A DNA stretch of 28,511 nt, from positions 1 to 28,511 of the forward strand of contig NIVC01005015.1 of assembly GCA_002269645.1 (NCBI GenBank), read 5' to 3'. This DNA comes from Macrostomum lignano. Lineage: Eukaryota. Positions 8,949 through 20,434 of the stretch are shown here, piece after piece. The notes under the pieces are model-generated. The model was not told where the DNA came from. It ran no database searches and worked only from the letters and a program-made list of their open reading frames with translations. The position numbers and the translations under genes were made by a program. The number at the start of each line of letters is the position of its first letter. Positions within the stretch are counted from its first letter, which is position 1.

Positions 8949-9873
8949 TCCGATCTACACTTGGCAGCCACGTGACCAAGTTTGCCACACCGGTGGGACC
9001 GAATGCCGCGTCCCGCTTGAGCTCCTTGGTGCGGACCTCCGGCTTTCTTCGGACAACGGTTCGCCATGTGCCCCTTCTCATGGCAATTCCAACACTCCAC
9101 ATCGCTCTGTTGATTCGCTGGTGGTGGTCTCTGAGAACTCTTCCCTCCGCCGGATCCTGACGCCTGACTCTGCCGTAGCTGCCGTTCCAGCGCCTCGATC
9201 CTGGCCCGCAGGGCGCCGACGTCCTCTTGATTTGCCTCCCCGGCTGCGCCCACAGCGTTGAAAGCCGCCGTCTTGCCTTGTCCCGGCTGCCCCACGTGAG
9301 CCGCTCGAATTGCAGCGTCCAGCTGACGGGCACTCCTGATCGCAGCAGCCAGACTCTCCGGCTGGCTAAGAAATACTTTCTCCCGGACTGGCTCGGCTAC
9401 TCGCACAACTTCATGAATCGGTCCTTGGCCAGCTCCGACCTCGCGTCCTGATCAATCGTCGGATAGGCGTTCCGGACTATCTCGAGCAGGGCGTCACCGT
9501 AGGCCTCCATCGACTCCTTCTGGTCTTGGTCCCGTCCCGCCAGCTCCAATCTGAAGTCTTGCGGAGTCCGATGCTGCGTGAACCTGTTCAGCAGATGTTC
9601 AGTAAACTCCTCATACTCCAAATCATCCGCCAGATTAAGGTTGTCCACCGCGATATACGCTGTGTTGAGATCCAGCAGACTCATCAGATGTGGCCTTCGA
9701 TCCGCTTCTTCAATCCCAGTCGCCTCACAAAATTCGTTGAAACTCCTCAACCACAGGCGAAAATTCATTCCAGTCACATACTTAACTGGCTTCGCAACTC
9801 TTGGAGGCCCATGGTTCAAATTCTCGCGCAGCCTGTCCGTCAGCGCACCAATCAGGTCATCGATACCCGCCAT
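8912..9873 (-). CDS. gag, split by a 1-nt frameshift near 9405
   Basis: Capsid-like region (FRLWLRSF...FRLELAGRDQ...ESMEAYGDAL...KDRFMK) continuing as RVAEPVREKV.... Zinc knuckle CWNCHEKGHMANRC plus a second knuckle SHRCGKLGHVAAKC whose first Cys is TCC (Ser) at 8998-8996. Confidence 0.92.
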
Positions 9874-9960
9874 TGGTCACAGTAAAACCACAAGCCGCCG
9901 ACTGCACTGGCACAATTAAGCGACTCGACTCGAAGCTCGATCCAGAACTCGACACGAAGA

Positions 9961-9966
9961 ACTCAC
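9961..9966 (-). promoter_or_regulatory. Candidate leader splice donor GTGAGT between the PBS and the gag ATG
   Basis: Exact GTGAGT hexamer, the same as host-gene donors in this window, with no ATG between the PBS and the donor. Confidence 0.45.
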
Positions 9967-10009
9967 TACCCTCAACACAACACACCCAGAAAAACTACAG
10001 GCAAAGCAG

Positions 10010-10027
10010 GTCCCTGTTTGGGCGCCA
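10010..10027 (-). other. Primer-binding site, tRNA-Lys(UUU) type
   Basis: TGGCGCCCAAACAGGGAC, 3 nt from the 5' LTR. It is a 17/18 match to the tRNA-Lys3 PBS TGGCGCCCGAACAGGGAC. Confidence 0.9.
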
Positions 10028-10030
10028 ATT

Positions 10031-10853
10031 TGTTGTATCCCTGCAGCCCCCGGCCCGGCAGTAGGGTGGTCCTACAGGGTACAGTACAATCAGGTCCTTG
10101 CTAAGCCTGCGCGCGGGCGCTAGGGCGAGCACTTCCCTGACAGTCTGGGGCGTCAGGACGCACCCACGCAGCCTTCCCATGCGTCGGGACGCAGTGGTGA
10201 GGGCCGCCTTCAGCGAGGCGTCGGGACGCACTGGCTGGCGTAGAGGCGTACGGTAGGTATCCTACTGCCGTATAAACCCCAACTAGCTGAGTCGGCGTCC
10301 GGACACACGGACTCTCTGCCCCCTAGGCAACCGAAAGAACGAAGACAGGACGCGCACTTACTTAGTTGGCAGCTGTCGCTCAGGGCTCAGGAAGATGGCC
10401 TTCTTTGGTGTATTTCTTTATCAAAGTGGGTCTGTATAACTTGGGCTGTTTAACTTGGGCTGTAGATAGCTCTGACGAAGAACCACGTGCACGGAGAGGG
10501 GACAGTCGAGACGCGCACCGCTCCAACCCGCCGCGAGCGATGTTAAATAGCACACGCCCGCGGAGGGGGGAGGGCCACGCGCTCTCAACCCCACCACCCC
10601 ACCAACCCCCCAGCCAACCCCCCCCCCGGGGGCCGGCCACCAAGCCCGCCGCCGGCTCAGCCAATCACCACGCGACTGGCTGGCCGCGACCAATCGCCAC
10701 GCAGGGCGAGCAAACAAATGCCAAAACTTAAGCCTCTGGCTGCGGCAACGCAAAAAGGGGGGTGAATAACAAAAACTGAAAACAACTAGTTGAGGGGTGA
10801 CTCAGCCCGCTGGGGCTAGGTGCACAGGCACCGCAAAAGTGCACAACACAACA
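10031..10853 (-). repeat. 5' LTR (823 bp)
   Basis: Direct repeat of 1884-2702, adjacent to the PBS. Confidence 0.97.
10543..10804 (-). promoter_or_regulatory. Putative U3 promoter of the 5' LTR
   Basis: AP-1-like TGACTCA 10798-10804, two CCAAT boxes (10690-10694, 10661-10665) and TATA-like TATTTAA 10549-10543. Motif matches only. Confidence 0.4.
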
Positions 10854-10910
10854 CAGATGAGCATTTAGAAGAAACTTGAATCCGTCTTTCCTTGATAGGA
10901 AGGTTCAGCA

Positions 10911-10932
10911 AACTGGGGTGGCGGGCATGCAC
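10911..10932 (+). repeat. 22-bp direct repeat, left copy (AACTGGGGTGGCGGGCATGCAC)
   Basis: Identical to 14451-14472. The pair brackets the degraded gypsy element. Confidence 0.9.
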
Positions 10933-13900
10933 TGGTTAAAGCGAGATGACTGGGCTTGGCTGGCGGCCTGTCGCTCAGATTTGGTCGCGGTCGATAAAAC
11001 GCTTCAAGCGGTCGTGGTGGCCCATCAAATGGCGCCTGCCGTTCACAGCCTGCAGCCTGTAGTTCACAGGGCCGACTGTTTAAGGACGATGAACGGGCCG
11101 GACCACCGGTTCCACAGCGACTTGCACTGGCCGCGCTTCATCGCATGGTGCGTCAGCATCACTCGATCACCGGTCTAGAAGTCGGCAGTCTCGGCCCCTA
11201 GACTGTAAAACTCGTGCTGCGCCCTCTGGGCCGTGTGCAGGTGCGCCCGCACTACCTGGAAGCCTGATTCTCGTCTGCAGGTCTGCGCCGTCCTGCGGCT
11301 GTTCGCGCTGCCCACCGAGTGCCAAGTCAATTGGCAGTCTGGGCTCCATGCCGCGTAGAACCTTGAACGGCGACTCGCCCGTGGAGCCGTGCTCAAAGCT
11401 GTTGTGGGCCCCACACGACGTAGGGCAGCAGGGCGTCCCAGCCGGCCTGGTTCTTCGAGCAGAATGCAGAGAGCATGTTGCCCAGCGTCTTATTGAACTT
11501 CTCGACGTTCCCGTTACAGCTGCGGTGAAACGGTGAGGTCCTCGATTTTTCTGTTCCGAGCAGTGCGCAGGTTTGCTTGAAAACTTTGGCCTCGAACTGG
11601 CGACCTTGGTCCGAGTGCACGACCTCCGGAACCCCTTGCCGCAGCACCACACAGGTCACCAGAGCCTCGGCGACCGTTTTGGCGTCAATCTGCATGTCTG
11701 AGGGCCGCCGCCTCCACCCACTTTGAAAGCGTACATGAAATGTATCAACAAAGCAGAGGATGTAGCGCTTGCCTCACTCGGTGGCTGGCAGCGGGCCCTA
11801 CCAGCTGGGGGATCACCGATGGAGCAATGCGCCGACCGGTGACAGCGTCAGACAGGGCAGCAGCTTCTGGACCGACGCACTCACCGTCACTGGGAATTGA
11901 AAGCTGGGCTGGAGCATCGCGTATCAAACCGCGAGTAGAACCTGGTCCTGGTCCTGCTCGTCAGGCAGATTAGCGATCTGAAACTGCACCGCCGCTGCTC
12001 GGCTGAGGGTGTCTGGCACGATGTTCTCCTTGCCGAGCCGGTACAGGATCTCCACAGGGGGAACTTCTGAATGAGCTGCAGCCAACGTACCGGCTGACGG
12101 ATTGGCTCCTTCGCGTTGAGCAGCCCAGTGATCGTCTTGTGGTCGGTGAACACCTGGATCTTGCAGCTGTTGCTCAGGTACATGCGGAACTGCTTGAGAC
12201 TCTAAACAATCGCGGGCAGCTCCCGGTCCGTGGTGCTGTAGTTGCGCTCTGCCTTGCTCAGCGTCCGGGAAGCGTAGGCCACTGGCAGCTCCTGGCCGTC
12301 GCGCTCCTGGCTGAGCACCGCACCCAAGGCCACAGCACTGCTGTCACAGCTGATGACGATAGGCCGGCTGAAGTCGGGCAGCTGGAGCACCGGGGCCTGG
12401 GTCAGCGCGTCCTTCAACTTGTTCAGCGCCGCAGCATGCTCTGACGTCCACATGAAGCCGCCGCCCGCGCCTTTCTGAGCCAGGTGATGCAACGGTTTGG
12501 CGATGTCAGGGGAGTTGGGCACGAACCTGCGGTAGAAGCTGAGCATGCCGATGATGCGCCGGACGCCCTCCTCGGACTGCGGCTCCGACATCCGCCTGAT
12601 CGCCTCGATCTTCTTCGATCGAGTTGCCGCTCTCAGAGACTTGATGGCCCAGGTACGCGACGCTCCGGTATGCGAAGAAGCCTTGCCCGGGTTCAGCTTC
12701 AGCTTGGCATACCGCAGTCGATGCAGCACCCTGGACAGTGACTGAACGTGGCTCTCAAAGTCCCTGTTAAAAATGATCAGGTCATCAATGTACGCGATGA
12801 CCTCCTCCCAGCTCAGGCCGGTCATGATGAGCTCCATCATTTGCTGGTAGGTCGCAGGAGCGTTGCACATGCCGAATCCTGTTTTGCGGAATTGCATCAG
12901 GCGCTCGGTTTAGAACACTGTCAACGGCCGATCCTCCTCTCTGACCTCCACCTAAAGGAAGACTTGCGCATGTCGATGGTAGAGAACCATGAGCAGCCAA
13001 GGAGTCGAGCGCCTGGTGCAATTTCGGTACTACGACGGCACCCTGAACTCTGGCGATGATCACTGTGGGAACCAAGCAACAGGACAGCGGGCCATCTGGC
13101 TTGGACTCGCAATTACTGAACGGAACCGCGTCACCATCGAATCCGACTGTCTTGGCACCCTGGTCGATGCTGAACTGCGATCTGGCCGCCTTGCTCACGA
13201 AATCTGAGCGAATCCCTCTGACCATCAGCCCCATTTGTCTGCGCAGATGATGACCGAGTCGCACCGTAATGCTCACGCTTCCCAACAGCTCGATAACGGA
13301 GTCGTCCACGGACACATGCCTGACATCTGCCGGCTTCAGCTCGTAGCGACCGTCCAGCTCTCTCAAGGCAACGTCGCTGATCAGCGAGGTCTGCGCTCGG
13401 GTGTTCAGCAGCCAACGGCGCAGCTTGCTGTTTGCCTCTCTAGCCAGGAATAAAAATCGCTCGGGAAGCACGGGATTGCTCCTTGGGGTTGGTGTAGGTC
13501 CCGCACCCGTTGCACCAACCCTTAGGAGTTTCCCAGAACCTTCGATGGACAGACTGAGGCTTTGTGTCCTCGCCCCGAGCACTTGTGGCAGATGATCTGG
13601 TCCGGCTGTTTATAACGCTCCTGACATTGCGCTGCACGGTGTCCGAGATGGCCGCAGTTGAAGCAGCCGCCTTCTCGCTGCTGACGACACGCCGAGTGTC
13701 AATACCGGACTGCACGCCGACCCTTCATGATGATGAGCTCGTCCATGCGTTTCTCCAGTCAGTCCAGGCGATCCTCGCCCGGTCCCGCTGCTGATGTAGC
13801 GCCGATGGCTCCGAATGCCGTCACCGACTGTCGCCGAGCGAGCTCCCCCAGCAGAGCCGCCCACTGCAGCAGAGTCTCCAAACTGCAGGTCTCTGCGTCC

Positions 13901-14450
13901 TCTGCCTTGAGCAGCTGCAGAAGTTTGAAGCGCATATCTAGATCTCGCTGAGAAACTGAATCACTCGACCTGGCATTCTGGTGCAGCAGCTTTAGGTTGA
14001 AACAGAGCTCATGGAGCGTCTCCGAGTCTTCACGCTTTTTTGAGTAGAAGTCGTTCATAGCCTCAAAAGCTGTGTGATTCACCTCCGTAAAACTTTGTGA
14101 GGTCCTCTTTGATACTATTGAAGCTCTTCTGCCTTGTCTCGGTGAGGTCCCAGACGACAAGTTGGGCTTCTCCCGTGAGCAGCAGCTTCACCTTTGATGC
14201 TAGGGTCGCGTCATCCCATTTCCCATCGTTGGCGAATTCCTCGAAGATGCATAGCAGATGCCGTCTGTTCCACTGAACTTTGGCAGTAGCAGGGTGTTCT
14301 AGGCCATTAGTGCACTTGCACTGGGTTCTCGCTGACACCAGTGTAAGCCGAGAAATTAGATCAATTCATGAAGTATATTTGGAATGCATGATTACTAAGG
14401 GGCGCGATTATAGAGTCAGCGATAGAATGGTTAAAATGACTCGATCACCC
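10933..14450 (-). mobile_element. Older, degraded Ty3/gypsy element of a different family (gag, PR, RT, RH and IN remnants)
   Basis: Gag WDDATLASKVKLLLTGEAQ. Degenerate PR LLNTRAQTSLIS. RT GFGMCNAPATYQ...YIDD. RH CDSSAVALGAVLSQ...AERNYSTTDRE. IN HSDQGRQFE...NVEKFNKTL. Many frameshifts, stops and deletions. No PPT or recognisable 3' LTR. Confidence 0.92.
14332..14340 (-). other. Probable PBS of the degraded element (TGGTGTCAG, tRNA-Leu type)
   Basis: Follows ...CTTACA C, an LTR-end-like CA, and lies about 30 nt before the gag-like ATG. Only 9 nt match. Confidence 0.55.
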
Positions 14451-14472
14451 AACTGGGGTGGCGGGCATGCAC
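14451..14472 (+). repeat. 22-bp direct repeat, right copy
   Basis: Identical to 10911-10932. Confidence 0.9.
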
Positions 14473-14811
14473 AGAGAAAAACGAGATACAAGTAATAAGA
14501 GAGCACCCACCCTGACGGCACAAATCAAACGCAACCTCACACAAGCATTTCTGCCTCAAAGCTCTATTGTTTCAGATTCTTTAGACATGAAAATATGACC
14601 CTACACTCCCAGTCTTAATATACACCAATCCGATGCCGGCCGACGTTCCCGACGCCAATCGCTGTGGCTGACAATTATGTGCTTTTTAAATTACAACGAC
14701 TGATAACGACGTCAAGCTAAACGGATTTTTGAGACTTTTGCAGTGTTGGTACCGCCAAATACAGGTGCGAATGCGTCTGCTGTGCCGTTAGCTGCACGCG
14801 TGGCATCTCAC

Positions 14812-16011
14812 CATTTTCCCAGCCAGTGGCGCCACCGCCGCCACCAGCAGCCAGCAGCAGCAGCCGGTCGCCCGTCCGGTACACGAAGCTGCTGCCGCCT
14901 CCGCCGCCTCCTTCGCTGCTCAGGGAGGTCGAACCGCCCATCTGGCCCACAACAATGCTCAGCTGGACTCCGGCCGTCAGATTGACTCTGGCGCTCACCT
15001 TTACTCCTGGGCCTCCGATGGTGTTCTTCATAGTGTTGTTGCCCCCTCTGGCTCCGGCAGCCTCGATCAGGTAGCAGCCGCTAGCGGGAGCCGTGAAGGT
15101 TTCGATCGATCCGTTTCTGCCCGAGCTGCTGTCTGCAGGGGTTCATAATGATAAAATTATAATATTTTATTGCAACTGCGCCAATGGGCAGCTATTGTGC
15201 GGCGCATCTGAAGGCTGCGTACGGCTGTTCAGTCCAAGGACTGGGGGTCGCCACACACACCCTCAATTACCCCAGCTAATGCTGGCACCCATTTTACAGC
15301 TGGGTGAACTGAAGCAATGCAGAGTTAAGTGTCTTGCTCAAGGACACAAATGGTTCTGAGTGAGTCGAGAACCCCCGACCTTTCAGTTGTGAGTTCGATG
15401 CTCTAACCACTAGGCTGCAACCCGTTTTAGGGGTTTATGCAGTGTCATATATAACTGTATTAAGAAGCTTTGATTGCAACTATTGTCACAGACATTTTCA
15501 AATTTCTATATCTCGTGACTCACTTCTCAGGAGACCCCCAGTTGACGTCAAACTCATCAAGTGCTGCTCAAATTCTTCCACTTTCCACAAAGTCACAGCG
15601 CTGTCGTCGGGCGAGCCGAGCTGTCTCGTCACGTGACTCCCGTTTAGGCCGGCAGGCTGCCCTGATGACTCATTGCTGAGGCTGACTGCCCGACAGACTC
15701 TGGCGGTCTTGTTCAGCTCGGCGACAGCGCAGCCTCGGAGCTGGCACAGCAGCAGGCAATGGCTTTCCCGAGCGACGTCGGTCTCGACGAACAAGCTGCT
15801 CACAGAGTCACTCAGCTCAACGGAGCCGTCGGTGACGAATCGACTGAAGCGTTTGCCACTTCCAGCGTTGGTCACTGAAATTCAATATATAATTTACAAG
15901 CATATGAAGGCTTTTGTTTTGCACCAGAGCACCCGACCTTACTTGTACTGAAGCTCTATACTCACCGTTAAATAAAATGAACACAATCGCTAAAATGAAT
16001 TCCGCCTGCAT
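14812..16011 (-). CDS. Host gene A exons 1-3 (16011-15966, 15874-15524, 15132-14812). Secreted protein: signal peptide, PAN/apple-like Cys module, ALK/LTK-type glycine-rich domain; about 401 aa with exon 4
   Basis: All introns are GT-AG and phase 1. Exon 2 (351 nt) and exon 3 (321 nt) preserve frame. Hydrophobic N-terminus MQAEFILAIVFILFN. CLLLCQLRGCAVAELNKTARVC resembles the PAN Cys spacing. IETFTAPASGCYLIEAAGARGG...IVVGQMGG...GGGGGSSFV...LLLAAGGGGG is the glycine-rich domain signature. Confidence 0.85.
15146..15420 (-). mobile_element. tRNA-derived CORE-type SINE in intron 2 of gene A
   Basis: A-box-like CCTAGTGGTTAGAGC and a degenerate B-box. Central GTGTCCTTGAGCAAGACACTTAACTC...CAGCTGTAAAATGGGT resembles the MIR/CORE domain. 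AT-rich tail. Confidence 0.7.
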
Positions 16012-16450
16012 AGTGGAATAAGTTTAGTCTCAATTTTGTGCATTCAAATTAGACTTCAGTTGCGAATGCAAGTCTTTAGGTAATTATGAGATCTGCATGC
16101 GCAGGTTTTGCATTTTATGCCGCCTTTGAACAGCAGCTGAGCAGCCAATCAGCAATGCAGGAAGCAGGAGTGATGGGCCGCTGCGCAAGCTTCATTAGGT
16201 TCAGCTTCAAGACACCATCAATTAAACATGCTAGCTCTCGCGTGCAAATAATGACAGAGTTATTCACCAGCCGAAAAGTTTCAGCCATCTGGTAAGAAGA
16301 AACTTTTCTACCCACATTAAGAATTCCTACAACAAAGCAATAGAGCTACCAGCTGGGTGAAATTGTTTGCTTTCATTTTGCTCCTACAGCAATGGCTTTG
16401 CTAAGAGTCGCTTCTGAAGCTAATTCAAAGTTTCCTGCAAGACCTCATAA
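16012..16450 (-). promoter_or_regulatory. Upstream region of gene A, duplicated upstream of gene B (about 24453-24850)
   Basis: Alignable blocks include CAGCAGC..CAGCCAATC (CCAAT), GCCATCTGGTAAG and CCCACATTAAGAATTCCTACAACAAAGCA. Confidence 0.55.
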
Positions 16451-17039
16451 TGGGGAAATTTTTAGTAGTTAGTTGGGTTGATTATGGCCAAAACAGAAGC
16501 CCGCGTAGCACACGATTTCTTCTTCTTACATTAGATTGGTTAGAAGAAGAAAAGAATGCTTTTTCTTACAATTGGCAATTATTTCAGCCTGCTCTCTCTT
16601 TTGAGCTGCGGTCATTGATGTTTGTTTTTACCATAGAAGGCGGCACCGTTTTTTGAGCATTGCCCCACGCGTCTATGGTAAAGAAACATTTCTGTGAAAT
16701 AGTTCGTCTTTTTTATTTGATTTATTCTTGCAAGATTGACCTTTCTATGATTTAACTGCATGACCTATGATTGAAATAGAATAAAAATGATTTTTTGCTA
16801 TAGAATTGCCCGTTAGCGTTCTACTACTGTATTACAGAATCGCTCCATTATTTCAGCACAGTGAGTGTGCGTGGATTTGGCCACAGACGAAAACGCATGA
16901 TGTGAAGGCGGAGTCGGGACTCGCCGGGATAGTGGAGTTAGAGGCAGTGGTAGGTTGTGTCACAGACGAAACTGATGAACAAGCGTGGGGCCTAAAAGAA
17001 GATGGAGGGAGGGCTAGCTAGGAAGACAGACAAGCAGAC

Positions 17040-17043
<4 letters not shown>

Positions 17044-17129
<86 letters not shown>
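17044..17129. repeat. (GA)n microsatellite
   Basis: About 85 bp of interrupted GA repeat. Confidence 0.95.
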
Positions 17130-18731
17130 CGAGACAGATAGCGTATAGAAAGTGTTGTGTATGCGGCTTGTACGCCGGTTAGAGTTCTTGCGCTCTGATT
17201 GGCTGGGGGGGGTTTAGTCTGTCTGCCCAGACCGGCCTAGGCCGGGTAGGGGGTTTGCTGTTTGCTGAATCATGCTAGTTAGTAGTTTAACTATAATATA
17301 GGTGCACACCGGCCTTTCAAGGCTTAGTGAATTTTTATACCCTGGAATCGCTTCTCGCATCTTATTCATTTGGCCACGCTGCCTCAAAGCACAACAGATA
17401 GCTTAACCTCTTACGCCTCAGCTATTCTATTTTGAAGCTTACATGTACGCTCGTACCAAACATGCATGACTCATCAACTGGGACCATCTCCCGATGGAAT
17501 TGCTTAACGGTCGTGAGTCAATAAAGCCGGATACCGGAACTCAGTGCCAAGGCCCACCAACATGACGCGGAACTTTTACAACTTTATAAACTGGCTGGAG
17601 TTATCTCTGCCAAAAACGACTAATGATTCGCCACGGTGAATCTTTTGAGTATTTTCTAACGGAGCATTCGGAGGAGGACTGTGACGACGCGTTGGACTCG
17701 TTGGACATTCCCCTGTTGATTCCTACCGATTCCTAATGTCTATATAGACCGTATCCCAGAAGAAAAATTCCTTGAGAAGGGTAGAGAGAGTGGCGGCATT
17801 TACTCGTAATAACAGATCAAAGGAAATACATGAGGGTAGACGGAGTTTAATATTTATTAAAAGGCATTAAATAAAAGATGAAGGAAACAGGGGAAGAGAA
17901 AATAAAGTAATAAATATTGCCGCACACAAATAAAACTCACAGGTGAGCACGATGGGCATGAGAGCTGTGAACATGAGAAACAGCACTCAGAAGAAATCCA
18001 TCGTTTCCGATTTTAACGGTAAGCCGACGGATGTCCTGAATACGGGACAAGCAGTCACTTCTGCTGCAGCCGAAAACTTAAAACTAAGTTCTATGGTCAA
18101 AACTGCAGCTGTGCTGCACTGCCGTTGCCGACGGCTGTGTCCCAAAAACGGGACACACTCATGGATGGACACACTACTTTAATTTAATTTAAAATAAGTG
18201 AAAGTGTAGCGTATTCACTAATATTATAAAAGTATTGCAGCTAGCGTATTATAACTACTGTATTCTAGAAACTTCCGCGTAAACACGCACTTTCCATATT
18301 TGGCATTTTGAATTCCCGCGCACCCCTTTCTAGAAACTGCTTCTCGAACTTTCCGGATTCCGGAATGTTCCATCAACACGAATATAAATATACAGCACCC
18401 TAGCACGCAATTACTCAAGCCCGCTTACCCTCTTCTTTTCCGCACGGAAAACAATCAAAGCAAAAACCAAAACAAACGAACCACCGCGTTTCACGCCTCA
18501 ATTATTTTCGCAATTCTACAAAAGTGCTAACAGAACAGAAACAGGATTAGAATAGATAATTTTGGATAGACATCATAGCAACGGAAACCTCCTTGTTAGG
18601 GTACTCCATAAATATTTACTTAAATTTTATTCAAGGGGTGGGGACAAAAAGGGGGTGCGGGTTAGGAATGGAGAGAGCAAAGTCAACTGGAGGTGTGGAT
18701 GAAAAAAACATGAAGACGAGGTCTGTAAAAG

Positions 18732-20434
18732 TCAGTGCGGTTGGCTGTGCCAGTTTCTAAAGCACTGGCCTATGCAAAGTGCTGGTACTCCCGGACAATC
18801 AGGGCATATGTACACTGTCTTCTTCGCGATTCGGTTCTCGCTGCACACGCGGCATAGATTGCGCGGCCGAACATGGGCAGCATTCAATGGAGCTTTGGTC
18901 AGCAAATGCTGTACTGCAGGGCCGTCACCTGCCGGTCCGACTGCTGCAGGACGGCCTGCCCTGACAGCGAAATGGCGCCTGCCCCTGCCAGTCTCCTCCA
19001 CCAAGATGCTGACCGCTTTGCGCAGAAACGCCACGAAAGTCTTGGTACCTCCGTGCTGGCGGTAGACGATCCACGAGTTCCGAACTAGAAGCAGCAGCAG
19101 GTAAAACGCAAGTTTCTGAAACCAGCGCAGCGTCTTCCGGCTGGCCAGGTAGGGGTTCGCTGCCGAATCCATAAGGTCCACGCCGCCCATACTCTTCGAG
19201 TAGGTGACCACTGTCACTGGCTTCGCGATCACCTGCTGCTCGCCTCCCCGACGGACTCGTGGCACGTTCACACAGGCAGCCTGCCCAGCAGTGTCCAGGA
19301 GATACATGGTCTTTGTTCCGCTGCTCTTCCTGTCCACGAACTTACAAGCGAGCACCTCACCTCACCGTTCCTCGCGAAAGCCGCCGCAGTCGGTCGCAGT
19401 TGCAGTTGCTGCAGCAGCTGCGGGACGCCTCGATTGCTGCGCACGGTGCCGGTGAGCCGAGTTTCTATTCGCTAGCAGCCAAACGGCCAGCCGATGCGAC
19501 GTGAACCAGCTGTCCGTGAACATGTTATAATTCATGTGCAGGAGTTCACGGCACAGCTCAGCCACAATCGCTCACTAATAGAGAGGCCGCCGCACTCGAG
19601 TCCCAGTCCAAACTGTGCATTCGCGTGCTCCGTGGAGTGGACTGCGAAATTCCACAAGTAGCCAGTCTCCGACTCGCACAGGCAGTACAGCTTGACACCG
19701 TATCTGCTCCTCTTAGTCGGGATGTACTGCTTGAACAGCAGACGCCCCTTGTACAAGACGAGCGTTTCGTCCACGGAAATGTGCTGGCGCGGCATGTAAT
19801 TGTTGCTGCACACCTGCTGCAGCTGGTGTAGAAATGGCTGGATTTTGGCCAAGGGCCCTCCTGAACATCCGTGCAGTCGTAGAAACGAAGGCAGGAAAGC
19901 AGCTGCTTGAACCTATCTCTCGAGAGGGCATTGGGCATGGATAGAAAGGAGCAATGGAAAACAGGGTCCTGGCTCCAGTAGCTGCTGATCTCCGGCTTTT
20001 TGTCCAGGCCTATCAACAGAACAGCTTCCTCACCTCATCATCTGTACAATCTCTCCAGTTCTTCACCAGCTTCGTCAACTGCTCTTCGCCAGCGCACTCC
20101 TCGAATATCTTCCACGCCCTATGATTCGTCCAGGTTTTCACGCTTGCAATAATTCCATCTGTGAGGTACAGACTCAGAAACTCCTCTTCGTTTCCATCAG
20201 CTGAAGCTGGAGGCCTCCAATCTGGGTGAACCCCTGGTGTTCCAGAAACTCGGCTTCATTCGGCACAGCATCCATTCCAGCCTGAACAAACTGCCACTCT
20301 GGTACATCACCAACTTCCTCTGTCTGCATGCCTTCTTCTTCTTATTCCTCCATCAACTCGTCCTCGATTCCATCTAGCGACTCCAGCGAGTCGTCATCAG
20401 TGAAAATGTCTGCGTATTCGTTTTCAGATTCCAT
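18732..20434 (-). pseudogene. piggyBac (PGBD4-like) transposase fossil
   Basis: Acidic N-terminus MESENEYADIFTDDD. SRDRFKQLLSCLRF. Catalytic motifs SVDETL, FTDSWFTS and GVDLMD. C-terminal Cys-rich CRVC...CPDC...LCIGQCF..WH. Several stops and frameshifts. TIRs not found. Confidence 0.92.

Larger units (their letters stand above)
1884..10853 (-). mobile_element. Full-length Ty3/gypsy LTR retrotransposon (8970 bp): gag, PR-RT-RH-IN, plus an extra J-domain ORF
   Basis: Two LTRs with TGTTG...CAACA termini. 4-bp TSD CAGA at 1880-1883 and 10854-10857. PBS 10010-10027 and PPT 2703-2713. The domain order PR-RT-RH-IN is diagnostic of Ty3/gypsy. Confidence 0.97.

Noticed and set aside
4506-14812. Host exon 3 spliced into the J-ORF acceptor as a fusion protein
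   Set aside because: The phase 1 donor joins out of frame with the J-domain and stops early.
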